Assembly: GCF_006345805.1 (NCBI RefSeq)
Contig: NC_043006.1
Span: forward strand, 104,408,001 to 104,472,000
Reading direction: 5' to 3'
DNA length: 64,000 bases
Origin: Octopus sinensis
Lineage: Eukaryota
Made by a program: the position numbers and the translations under genes
In this document: positions 39,807 to 52,150 of the stretch, piece after piece
Layout: each line of letters begins with the position of its first letter
Numbering within the stretch: the stretch's first letter is position 1
The notes under the pieces: generated by a model
Seen by the model: the letters and a program-made list of their open reading frames with translations, nothing else
Told to the model about the DNA's origin: nothing
Databases searched by the model: none

Positions 39807-40670
39807 GCCTTTGCACAGCTTCAAACGCTGGAGATGTACTACAGTGTCAGCTGTTCACTACTAGTGAACTAAGGTAACACCTCTTATTTTTCCAGCACCT
39901 TTCGGAGTATTTGAGCGGTTCCAAGCACTGCTGTTTTCTGCAAGTGCTCCACCCTTATTGCAGCTCCTATTTGTTCCACACACTGATCGAGTTTTGTGCT
40001 CACTGTTTTCAGGGCTCTGACAATTATTGGTACCACTGCAACCTTTTTCATCGACCACAACTGTTTACCTCCCAAGCTAACCTGTCATATATCTTGACTT
40101 TTCTTTCCTCCTTATCGCATAACTTGTTGTCAGCTGGGCATGCTATATCTATAATCTCTGCTGCTATTTTCCATGACCCGTCTTTTGGTAGCTTTGAGCT
40201 CTACGTCAGTGAACCGACAATCTTTCTTATTGCTCTAGCTTGATCACATAGTCTCTGTTCCGTGAGTTGAAACAATCCCCTTTCTCCCCAATGATCATAC
40301 ATACGTTGAGGGTAACCCCTAATTTGAGCACCATTTTCAACTACCGGTCTGCTCAGGTAGTAACACTCCATGACCACAGCATTAATTTGCTTGCTCCATC
40401 TACGCCGTGTGTGGTGGTCCCTTTCTGGATATGGACAGGCTGGAGTCGGACTAGAATTTCTAAGCCTACCGGGTGTAACACTGTCACCACCGTTGGCTTC
40501 AGTTTCATTACCACCGTTATTCACAATATTTTGTTTTTTTCATTGTCAGTCATATGAGTTAGCGATTATCAGGTTGCGCAATTACCAGAGTTTTTATTGT
40601 GACACCATCACTAGATGTATCATTAATCTGCCCATGAGGAGGAGGAGGCTCCACCCGTTTCCTTTCATTA
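39807..40670 (-). mobile_element. Internally deleted Dong/R4 element retaining both ends, within (TAA)n
   Basis: 5' UTR and N-terminus (RRRWSKQINAVVMECYY...LTEQRLCDQARAIRK) are joined at ~40165 directly to the RLE C-terminus (IIDIACPAD...LGTAQILRKVLEK*) and 3' UTR. TAA repeats lie on both sides. Confidence 0.8.
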
Positions 40671-40817
40671 TTATTATTATTATTATTCTCATCACTGATA
40701 TCTCTGATATTATAGTTTTTTATGTGTAACAGCAGCAGAGGTTGCAGCAACAGCAACAGTAGCAGTAGCAGGGGTTAGTGGTAAGGGTGGTAGCCGGGCC
40801 TCAGATTATTATTATTA

Positions 40818-40861
<44 letters not shown>

Positions 40862-40863
<2 letters not shown>

Positions 40864-41075
40864 GGCGGCGAGCTGGCAGAAACGTTAGCACCCCGGACAA
40901 AATGCATAGCGGGATTTCGTCTGCCGCTACGTTCTGAGTTCAAATTCCGCCGAGGACGACTTTGTCTTTCATCCTTTCGGAGTCGATTAAATAAGTACCA
41001 TAATCGACTTAATCCTTTTGTCTGTCTTTCTTTGTCCCCTCTGTCTTTAGCCCCCATTGTGGGCAATAAAGAAAA
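40862..41075 (+). mobile_element. SINE family A
   Basis: Near-complete copy with a short internal deletion. Confidence 0.85.
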
Positions 41076-41103
41076 ATAATAATAATAATAATAATTATTA
41101 TTA

Positions 41104-41135
<32 letters not shown>

Positions 41136-41585
41136 GAGTGAGCGAGCAGAGCATGCCATTGAAGTGACACTGGGGTAAAATATACGAAGCCCAGTATACC
41201 CATCATGACTACCCGTCTGATATGGGTACACCAGGCACATGCATCACAACCATATGTGCGCGACATGGTGATCTCATATCAAGATAAACAGCACATGACC
41301 TTGCAGGTGGAGCCCAGTTAGAATTTTCTTCAGATCGAGTAACCAATCCCGCTCAAAAGGTCCCTGAATAAGGCTTGTTTAAGGATGTTGAACGAAACAC
41401 CCATGTTTCCAGAGGTGAATTATTCAAACCCCAAAGAATCCTTCTCAACACATGGCTATGATGCTTCCCCACTACTTCTGCTCGTGATCAGAGATGCACA
41501 TATCGTCAGCCACTAAGGGACATGCTCAACTGGTTATGGTCAAACAACTGACAAGCAAATCTGTGGTATTGAGCAGAATATTTGC

Positions 41586-41586
<1 letters not shown>
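41136..41586 (-). mobile_element. TAA family copy
   Basis: Flanked by (ATT)n on both sides; homologous to 54218-54683. Confidence 0.8.
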
Positions 41587-41619
<33 letters not shown>

Positions 41620-41623
<4 letters not shown>

Positions 41624-41925
41624 TATTATTATTATGGCAGTTACTCACTTAATTGCCCACACTCGCGCAATTTCGTTTTCCTGTACCTTGTATTTTTTCC
41701 ATTTTCCCCCAGCTTCTTGTCACCCTCACGTGCATCCCCAAGTATGGCAATATCTATAATCTTGGTTTTCTTCTTCCTATCATCCTGCACAACAACGTCT
41801 GGTCTCCAAGCATCAATTACTGAGTCACTTTGGAATGTAAAATCCCATAAGATCTTATATTCATTATTCTCAGTAACGCTCTTTCGGTTTTTATGTTTGT
41901 AACCATTTCCAGGTTATTTCAAGAC
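41620..41925 (-). mobile_element. Dong/R4 RLE fragment
   Basis: VTENNEYKILWDFTFQSDSVIDAWRPDVVVQD...IIDIAI.GD. Confidence 0.8.
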
Positions 41926-42109
41926 CCTGCTCCTCACACAATCTCCAGCGAATAAACTTAGCCACGTGATTGTACCTCCGGTCGTCTTTGTTTTTCATCC
42001 TTTCGGGGGGTCGATAAATTAAGTGCCAGTGAAACGCTGGGGATCGTCGATGTAATCGATTAGCCCCCTCTCCACAAATTTCAGGCCTTGTGCCTATAGT
42101 AGAAAGGAT

Positions 42110-42290
42110 TGTTGTTGTTGTTGTTGCTTTGGCTGTTATTATTAGCAGCAGCGGTGGTGATGGTGGTGGTGGTGGTGGCGGTGATGGTGGTGGTGGTTCT
42201 GGTCGTAGTAGTAGTAGTAGTAGAAGGAGAAGAGGAAGAAGAAGAAGTAGTAGTAGTAGTAGTAGTAGTAGAAGGAGAAGAAGAAGAAGA

Positions 42291-42321
<31 letters not shown>

Positions 42322-42703
42322 TTTGTTGTTGTTGTAGTAGTTGTGATTGGGATTGGGAGTGAACCGTGTTGGTGTCGGCCTGTAGCAGTAGTACAAAATT
42401 AGTATGCTAAGTAACTACCACTAGTCATAATACTAATGACGACGACGACAACGAAGTCGATGATGATGACAATGATGATGATAATGAAGACGACGACGAC
42501 GATGACGAAGATGAGGATGATGATGATGAGGATGAATTCATTTTTTTTTCGTAATGTTTTTTATTCATTTATTTATTTGTTTAATTTTTTTTTCCATGTG
42601 ACGGCGAAATCTATCTCTGTAAATGGACTGCGCAAATAAACCAAATCAATAGTAGACAGATTGAACTGATTTGGCTGCCAGGGTCATGTGATATTGCCAT
42701 TAT

Positions 42704-42757
<54 letters not shown>

Positions 42758-43060
42758 CAATAATAACAGCATCAACATCAACAATAACATCACGGTGTCA
42801 GTGTTTTGATCAACTGGTGGCGTTGGTTGTACTGATGATGGTATAGGCAGTAGTAGTTGAGGTGGTAGTGGTGGTGGTAGTGGTGGTGGTGGTGGTAGTG
42901 GTGGTGGTGGTGGTAGTGGTGGTGGTGGTGGTGGTGGTTCTGGTACTGTTGTTGTTGTTGGAGGTGGTGGTGGTTCTGGTACTGTTGTTGTTGGTGGTGG
43001 TGGTAATGGTGGTGGTGGTGATGGTGGCGGCTGTGGAGGCGGTGGCAGTGGTGTATTAAT
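42110..43060. repeat. Compound trinucleotide low-complexity region (GGT, AGT, AGA, GAT, CAT, CAG)
   Basis: Direct reading. Confidence 0.95.
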
Positions 43061-43299
43061 GGCGTAGAGGGTCATCTGATAGCAAATGCATCGGTGACAG
43101 CGACTGCGACAACAAGAAACAAAACAAAAAAATTAACAACGATAACAGCCGCCTGACTCTGCTAATGTTTTGCGTCGGGGGTGTGAAGAACAACATCAAG
43201 AACGAAAACAACAGTAACAGGATTCGACAACTAAAGCAGCAATAATAATAACAGGGGGGAAAAAACAACAAAAAAACAAACAAAAAACGATTGTAGCAA

Positions 43300-44730
43300 C
43301 ACCAACAACACGGCGCCAATATATGGAGCGGATTAGTGTGGGAGAGGAAGGTTTTAGGGAGAGGACCACAAGTGAGAGCAGCAATATGACGGACTACAGT
43401 AGCAACGACAAAAAAATAGTAATAACCAACGATAAAAATAATACGAACAACATGGCGCCAATCTATATTACATCGAGTGGGATAGAGGGTGTTGCGGATA
43501 CGACCACAAGTGACAATAGAAAAATGATGAACCAAAAGAAGCTGACGTGCCGATGGAATCGTTAGCGAGGCGGGCAAAATGCTGGGTGCCATTGCGTCCG
43601 CCTTTATATTCTAAGTTTCAATTCCACCGAGGGTGACTTTGCCTTTCATCGTTTCGGAGTCGATAAAATAAGCACGAGTTAAATACAGGGGTCAATATAA
43701 TCGACTAGCCCCACCTTCGATATCCCCTGAAAATTACGGCCTTGTGCCAAAATTTGAAACCAATATGAAGAACCAAAGAAGCAGCAACAATAACGCAAAT
43801 ACGAACAACATGGCGTCAATCTATTCTACATCAAGTGGGATAGAGAGGGTTGCGAATACGACACCAATAACAGTAGCAATATGAAGAACCAAAGAAAGGT
43901 GGTGAGCCAGCGGAACCGTTAGCGCGTTGGGCAAAATGCTAAGCGGAATTTCGGCCGTCTTATGTTTTGAGCTCAAATTCCGCCGAGGACCATTTTGCCT
44001 TTCATTCTTTCGACTAGCCCCACCCACCGTCTCCCCCCAAAATGATGGCATTGTGTCAAAATTTGAAACCCCTATGAAGAAACAAACAGCAGCAACAAAA
44101 GGAGGCGCAATGGCCCAGTGGTTAGGGCAGCGGACTCGCGGTCGGAAGATCGCGGTTTCGATTCCCAGACCGGGCGTTGTGTGTGTTTATTGAGCGAAAA
44201 CACCTAAAGCTCCACGAGGCTCCGGCAGGGGGTGGTGGCGACCCCTGTTGTACTCTTTTGCTCCAACTTTCTCTCACTTTTTCTTCCTGTTTCTTGTCCC
44301 CGACTTCCTACGCAACCGCTGAGCCTGGATGCGTATTCATCCATCCGTCGATGCTCTCGGTGTCGGGGGTTGACCTGCTTTCTCTTCTGCGGGTCTTACG
44401 AATAGCAAAGGACCACGTTTCGGACTTCTCCCATCTTGCGAGCTCTGGGACGATGACCGTTCGCTCAACAGCAACAGCAACAGCAGCAATAATAGCGCAA
44501 ATAAGAACAAAATGGTGCCAATATCTGCTACAACGAGTGTAAAAGAGGGGGTTGCGAACACGACAACAACAGTGACAGTAGCAATATGGAGAACTAAAGG
44601 AGTCAAAGTAAGACGGTGACGTGGCAGAGACGTTGGAACACCGGGCAACATGCTGAGGGGCATGTTGTTCGTCTTTACGTTCTGAGTTGAAATCCCGCCA
44701 AGGAAGACTTTGCTTTCATTTGAGTACTGA
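43300..44730 (+). repeat. Old tandem duplication of a composite unit (~70-bp motif with or without a SINE A copy)
   Basis: Motif AACA(A)CATGGCGCCAAT...GTGGGATAGAG.G.GTTGCG.A.ACGAC at ~43310, 43445, 43800 and 44505. The last three are each followed by a SINE A body. Confidence 0.65.
44101..44480 (+). mobile_element. SINE family C (tRNA-Arg(TCG)-like head), young copy
   Basis: GGCCCAGTGGTTAGGGCAGCGGACTCGCGGTC...GGTTTCGATTCCC head; near-identical to 51340-51730; (CAACAG)n tail. Confidence 0.85.
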
Positions 44731-46719
44731 GATCCAAGTTGAGTACTGGATGAGGATGATGATGATGAGGATGGTGATGATGATGATGATGAGGAGATGA
44801 GGAGGAGGAGGAGGGGAGAAGAAGAAAGAAGAAGAAGAAGAAGAAGAAGAAGAAGAAGAAGAAGAAGAAGAAGAAGAAGAGCAGGATACGAAAGAAGCAG
44901 GATCAACCTCAGTAATTCATTGGTGCTTTATTTATCAACGCTAAAAGGATAAAATAAACAAAATTGACCACAGCGAACGTAAAAAGAAATGCTGCAAGTT
45001 AATCATAACAAACGAAAGATCCCCGTCGCCGTTTCCCTCTGTCACCTCACCCTATTTTTGTTTTTAATTATATTTCTCACCAGCTTCTATTGGACACTGA
45101 ATTAAATGGATGTTGTTGTTGTTAAGACTGTCGTCCATGCGACTTCATTTTTGCTTATATAAATATTGTATGATCCACATGAAAAAAAAACATTTTCTAT
45201 CTCCTAGATTTATGTAATTTTTAGTGTTGCCTGTCTGGATTTTGGATTCCGTTATTACAATTGTTGTTGTTATACTTGCGGCTGTTGTTGTTTCTCTTGC
45301 TCTCGCTTTTAATGTTCCTGTTGCTTGGTTAACTTTCATCTGTAACTTGTTTCAGTCATTAGCCTGTCACCATGCTAGGGCACCGCCTTGAAGAATTTTT
45401 GGCGAACGAATCGATAAATTACATATAGAGCAAAATTCAAGCATCATTATATTTTGATTAGAGACCAATTCTTTACTGCGCCATTTAAAAGTCTTAGTGA
45501 CATTTTAAGGAGGCGAACTGGCAGAATCACTATCTCATTCGATTCGACAAAATGCTTAGCGGTATTTCTAAGGCAGCGAGCTGACAGAATCATTAAATGG
45601 GTCGAAACAAAAACTGCGTACCAGCATTGCTAAAGAGGTGAGCAGACAGATACGTTAGCACATTTGACAAAAATACATAACAGTATTTCTGAGGCGGCGC
45701 ACTTGTAGAATCTTTATCACGTCGGACAAAATGCTTCGCGGCACTTCCAAGTCGGCCAGATTGCTGACCCGTCAGCGCATCAGACAAAATGTTTAACGGA
45801 ATTTTTTCCGGCTTTTTGTATTCTGTGTTGAAAATCCCACCAAAATCAAATTTACCCTCCATCCGTTCGGCTCTGATAAAGTAAGTACCAGTTAAATACA
45901 ATTTGTGATGATATCGACTAACCCTCTCTCTCTGTCAAATATCATTCCTTTTGAAACAAATATGCAAATTATATTGGTTGAAAATTATTCGAAATTCTCT
46001 TTACTGTTTAAAAGGAACATACCTCAAGCGGACCAGTAGCATAAGTTTGGATTGTGAGTGAAGAGGTGAAGTATTGAATATTGTACGAAATATTACGGAG
46101 ACGACTGGACACTGGCAGAGTCATTGGACCATAAAATGGATTGCTGTATAGTGATCACTCCGGCACTCTATGTTCAAATCCTGCCGTGGTCACATTTGTC
46201 ATTCACTCTATCGGGGTTTATAAGGTGTTAATCTGTACTGGATCGATTATTCATTTTCTCTAATTCTTTGTTTGGTTCTTTCTTTATTTCTTTCTTTCTT
46301 TCTTTCTTTGTTTCTGCTAGAAAACGAAAGCGGTCAGACCTGGAGAGCGTTGCGCTTCGCCAGGTCTAAAAGTGTCCAACTCACGCCTTATGTGATGACA
46401 GTGCCCCACTACACCTCTATCGTCCCCTACATATTTGTGATCTGGACCATTGTAAATAACCAACTATAAATACTAGCAGGACCCGTTAGTATTTATAGTA
46501 TTTTATCCAAAAAACCTGAAAGCGTAGCCTTTGTTATGTCTGTATGAAAAGATTGTCGCTCATCAGCTATTCATTGAAAAGTGAAAGAAATTGGAAAACA
46601 AGGATTACTTAATGCACTTTATATATAAATATACACTTTATGCCCAGTTTTATAGACTTAATACACAGCACTCATTAAATAAATATTCACTCTTTATTTT
46701 CCCTTTTCCCCATAAACAA

Positions 46720-46799
<80 letters not shown>

Positions 46800-46816
46800 T
46801 AACAATAACAATAATG

Positions 46817-46883
<67 letters not shown>

Positions 46884-46885
<2 letters not shown>

Positions 46886-47230
46886 GGAATGATAGCAAAA
46901 GGGGCTGATAGCTACCTAACTCAGATACCAGGAAACCCAAAAATGGCAGAAGTTCAAAAGATAGTGCTCATGGGAACTGCTCATATCCTACGCAAAATAC
47001 TCTCTATGTAACCTCAAGGTTTAAAACAACCATAATTTTCGGTTTAAAAAAAAAAAAAAAAAAAAAAAAACTTTTTTTTTTAGACATTCATTAGTACAAC
47101 ATCCCCACCCCCCAAATATATGGCACACTAGGCATAACAACAACATGAACTTCCAACCCTGTTGTCTCTTGAGGTCTCTGGGTGAGACTTGGAGCCAACT
47201 TGTACAAATATAAAGCAAAAGTCAAACATA

Positions 47231-47232
<2 letters not shown>
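46884..47232 (+). mobile_element. Dong/R4 3' end in an (AAT)n tract
   Basis: GMIAKGADSYLTQIPGNPKMAEVQKIVLMGTAHILRKILSM* followed by the 3' UTR; (AAT)n on both sides. Confidence 0.85.
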
Positions 47233-47300
<68 letters not shown>

Positions 47301-48605
47301 TCCCGTACATATGATACAACTTTTAGTTAAATTGCATATATCTGCCACGTAAATAAGTGTAAATATTTCACGGAAAGGCACTTATGCGCATGTGTTAAGT
47401 GATAGGTGATATAAAACTTTTTTAAAAATACATTTCTCACTACCCACGCATCACTGCCACCTCCACCACTAACATCTCCACCAACACTATATCTACCACC
47501 ATTATCATCTCCCTCTCCACTCTCTTTGTCACCTTCTCTCTCCCTCTTCTCTCTTTCCCTTTCTTTAACATCACCATCAGAACATCACCACTCTGCTAAA
47601 CTTATATTTCTATCTCTCTTTTTCTATATTATTACCTTCAACTAACTTTTTAAACCACGTAATAAATATTATGTTCCCCGTACCACACGTCATGGACGCT
47701 CTCTTTCTACTCTCTCTTTTTCTTTCTCCCTCTTTCTGTCTCACTCTTCCCCTTATCTTCTTTTCTCTTTCTTTTTTACTTTTCCTCTCTCCCTCCTTTC
47801 TCTAATCTCGTGAAAGTGTTACAATTACATTCCTCTACGTCATGTCATGACCGCTTCTCTCTCTCTCTCTCTCTCTCCCTCTTTTCTCTAATCACATGAA
47901 AGCGTTACCGACAGGCTAAGTAACGTAATGACAAGCACCATTATTATAAGATTTGAATGGTGGTTGACAGAACGAGGAATGTGATGTCATAAGTGTCTTG
48001 TTTTTATTGTTTTGCTTTTAGTTTAAACCGTTAAAACCATCTAAGTTATGAATTCTGTTCTCGCGGAGCACAACATTTGACTTTCATTATGTCAGCATAA
48101 TATTTGGTTAGAGAAGTTAGAATCGGAACTGCGGGTTCAGTCTTATTGCGTGTCATCGTATTTACAGGCTGATTAGAACCATGGGAATGAAATTTGGTAG
48201 ATGGAACTCTGGGACACTGCCGGAGAGATTATTCTTGTTGGGTGAACCGAGTGGTAAACTGAATGCATTTCCTTGTCCAACACTAAAGGCTGATCCCTTT
48301 AACGGAGTTCACACTTTTGCATATTATCGAGCTAGATATACGTTCTGCAGTGCCGTTCAAAGGAATGGGTCCATTGGGCAGTTGCCGGAGTGTACTGCGA
48401 GACTACAGGTGGCTAATATGTACGTATATCTAGGAGACCATGATCATCGCTTTGCCCAGCAAGTTATAATGCTGCCAAGACGGCTTTGGATTTTTGTAGG
48501 GATCTTCTTCTCTTTCCTGTTAGTCAGTGAAGCTTTGACACAAGTCAAACGTTCTGTCCCTTCTATGGTTAAGCCATATAAAATAATATATATATATATA
48601 TATAA

Positions 48606-48905
48606 AACTAGCAGTATCGCCCGGCGTTGCACGGGTTTGTAAGGGAAATAACTATATAAGCATTTTTAGAGACTTACTTCCGTTATATAAAAGCAAAAAA
48701 TGCATTAAATATGGGAAAAAATTATGGTAAATTTTTTTTAAATCGTAGACTCATCGTAGACGCGCGCTAATACCCAGAAGGGCTCGATATGAATCACGAC
48801 TATAAGATACCCGCTTTTGGTTAAACTGCACCGCAAAATGTGGGAGTAATTAGGAATCTAAATCGTAGGAGACAGACACTCAACTTCACTTTTATATATA
48901 AAGAT
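48606..48905 (+). mobile_element. Non-autonomous element with Helitron/Helentron-like termini
   Basis: Begins ACTAGCAGTATCGCCCGGCGTTGC (GC hairpin-like) and ends TTTTATATATAAAGAT. A second copy starts at 49786. The family assignment is by resemblance only. Confidence 0.5.
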
Positions 48906-49310
48906 AAACCATATGCAATGTAAAATAAAAAAAATAAAAAGAAACAGACAGACATCCTGAAGTTTGACAAAATAAGTAACTACTCATACGCTGTGGGTCA
49001 GACCGATTGACCTTGACGCCAACGTTACAAATTATTGATGCTATTAGCAATTATTCTGACATCCTGATTGCTGCAAGGTCTGATATTGTGAATCCTCGTT
49101 GATGTGACGATTAACTAAATACAAGTAAATCTGACTCGATTGTTATAAATCATCATCATACAGTACATTGGGTACTTGGGTGGAGTGATTTAGTAGCTAG
49201 CATTCGGGGCAAGATAGCGGTTTGGAGATTATCTTCTTACCTTCTTCTTACGTGACTTGGAAGCCCTTTGAAAAGTCATGCGTATTGCCTCCCTACCCAA
49301 GGTTCAATAC

Positions 49311-49389
<79 letters not shown>

Positions 49390-49723
49390 GTGTGCGTGCG
49401 CACGCGTGCTTGTGCTTGTGTGTATGTATATATATATGTATATATATATACATGTATATGTATATGTATACGTATATGTATATGTATATGTATATATATG
49501 CAGCACGGACTTTGTCAGTGAACAGGGGTCGCGGATTTTAGCGCGAAAAAATATTTTGACAATTAAACTTAAATGTTGGAGTGAATCGAACGGCTTTTGT
49601 GTGTTTCTTAAATGGCTTATAAACACCCTCCACGCTGCAATTGTTTTTCGTTTCAGCACATCGATCTCAGATCAAATTACTTGCTATGCGAGTACATCTC
49701 TCCGTAATGTATATATATTATAT

Positions 49724-49767
<44 letters not shown>

Positions 49768-49785
49768 TACATTCATATATATATA

Positions 49786-50281
49786 CATAGCTATATCGCC
49801 CGCGGCGTTGCTCGGATTTGTAAGGGAAATAACTATATAAGCATTTTTAGAGAGTTACTTCCCTTATAGATGCCAATTCGGGCTTTCTTAGCCATTTCTG
49901 TTTTGGTGTCTTCAAGCCATGAAGTCGTTGTTCTAAAAGAACGCTGGTCTCCTTGACAACGCTTTACGACGTTTGTTTCCTTACACTCCCTTCCCCCACC
50001 CTTCATGAGGGAGGGAAGAGGGGGAGAAGCAAACAGGCGCAGGTGCGACCATGACGCCAACTCCAACTCCGCCGCAATCGACACACGAAAAATTATGCAT
50101 TAAAATGGATAAAAAAATGATTGTAATTATTTTTAAAATCGTAGTCTCATCGTAGACGCGCGCTAATAGTCAGACGGGCTCGATATGAATTACGACTATA
50201 GATACCCGAATTTGGTTAACTGCAACGCAAAATGTTGGAGTAGTTAGGAATCTAAATCGAAGGGGACAGACACTCAAACAA
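49786..50281 (+). mobile_element. Second copy of the Helitron-like element, with an extra ~230-bp internal segment, truncated by the gap
   Basis: Shared blocks TTTGTAAGGGAAATAACTATATAAGCATTTTTAGAGA and AAATCGTAG.CTCATCGTAGACGCGCGCTAATA. Confidence 0.5.
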
Positions 50282-50381
50282 NNNNNNNNNNNNNNNNNNN
50301 NNNNNNNNNNNNNNNNNNNNNNNNNNNNNNNNNNNNNNNNNNNNNNNNNNNNNNNNNNNNNNNNNNNNNNNNNNNNNNNNN
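50282..50381. other. Scaffold gap (100 N)
   Basis: Run of N. Confidence 1.
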
Positions 50382-52150
50382 AAGAAGAAGAAGAAGGAGA
50401 GGAAGAAGAAGAAGAAGAAGAAGAAGAAGAAGGAGAGGAAGAAGAAGAAGGAGGAGGAGAGGAAGAAGAAGGAGAAGAGGAAGAAGAAGAAGGAGAGGAA
50501 GAAGAAGAAGAAGAAGAAGAACAACAACAAACAACAAGAGCAATAACAAAAACATGTCCCAAAAATTCAAAGAAGGAGAACTCCGAGTTAGCGGTGGGAT
50601 GTGTCGTACTCGAACTGACTTTCCCAGTCAGAACCAAACAACATGAATGAGGAGAACCAGCATTGACAACAAGAACAGCTGCAATAACAACAACAACAAC
50701 AGAAGCAACACCGTCAGCGTCATCAACAACAACAACAGCAGCAGCAGCAGTAGGCTTTCCAAGAAATTGGACCTGGAGATCTCCATTTCCAGTGACTTCT
50801 AGGGCCACCTCCCAGTGGTGTCGGGCGTCAACGAAGAGCCCTCGACTACAACAAGACGTGTTTTCTTTCCAAGGTTTGGGGTCTCCCGTCCCTAAGCCCT
50901 AGACCATCACCTAATCATCCTCACCCGTCTTGTTGCTTAACAACAGCAACAACAACAACACCAACAACAGCAGCAGCAATAACAATAACAACATCTGGAA
51001 CGACTACGTCACCGCTATTAAAAGTCAGATCAACGTTGAACAGCATCACCACCGCCAACAACATCAAACATCATCACTCCATCAGAAACATCATCATTGT
51101 CAACATCATATACGACGAAAACGACAAAAACAGCAACAAGAACAACAACAACGCAATTGCCAGCACGAAGAATAACTGCAATATCAATAACAACAGCGAC
51201 AACAACAATATCAATATCACCGCCATCAACAAAACACACCGACATTTATTTACAATTATGAAAAATAACAACAACAACAACGACGGCAACAAACAAAATA
51301 ATTACGTCATCAACAAATAACAACAGCAATTACAGCATAGCAGTGGCCCAGTGGTTAGGGCAGCGGACTCGCGGTCGGAGGATCGCGGTTTCGATTCCCA
51401 GACCGGGCGTTGTGTGTTTATTGAGCGAAAACACCTAAAGCTCCACGAGGCTCCGGCAGGGGGTGGTGGCGACCCCCGTTGTACTCTTTCACCACAACTT
51501 TCTCTCACTCTTACTTCCTGTTTCTTGTCCCCGACTTCCTACGCAACTGCTGAGTCTGGATGCGCATTCATCCATCCGTCGATGCTCTCGGTGTCGGGGG
51601 TTGACCTGCTTTCTCTTCTGCGGGTCTTACGAATAGCAAAGGACCACGTTTCGGACTTCACCCACAACAGAGGTGCGATCTTGCGAGCTCTGGGACGAAA
51701 ACCGCTTCGCTCAACGGCAACAGCAACAGCAATTACAACAGCAGCCGCAGCAGCAGCAGCAGCAGCAGCAGTAGCAGCAGCAGTAGCTGCAATAGTTCGG
51801 CAATAACGCCATGACCAAGAAAGAATTCAAGAGTTCAGGTCAGCAGTTATTTGCGAATCGGCATTCGCAGTTCAGAACCAACCAAACAACATGAACATAA
51901 ACAACAACTTAGATAACATCTTAATCCTCCTCCTCCCCCTCCTCTTCCTTCTCCTCCTCCTCCTCCTCATCATCATCATCACCACCACCATCATCATCAT
52001 CGTCGTCGTCGTCGTCACCACCACCATCATCATCATCATTGTCATCCTCATCGTCATCGTCATCATCATCAACAACAACAACAACAATAACAACAACGGC
52101 CACAGCAGCAGCAGCAACAGCAGGCTCGGCAACAGTAGCAGCTGCAATAC
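50382..52150. repeat. Trinucleotide low-complexity region (GAA/GGA, CAA/CAG, CAT/CCT)
   Basis: Direct reading. Confidence 0.9.
51340..51730 (+). mobile_element. SINE family C, young copy
   Basis: Near-identical to 44101-44480. Confidence 0.85.

Noticed and set aside
44101-44175. tRNA-Arg-like sequence (also 51340 and the heads of SINE A and B)
   Set aside because: The acceptor stem is incomplete and runs straight into a repeated SINE body; these are SINE heads, not tRNA genes.
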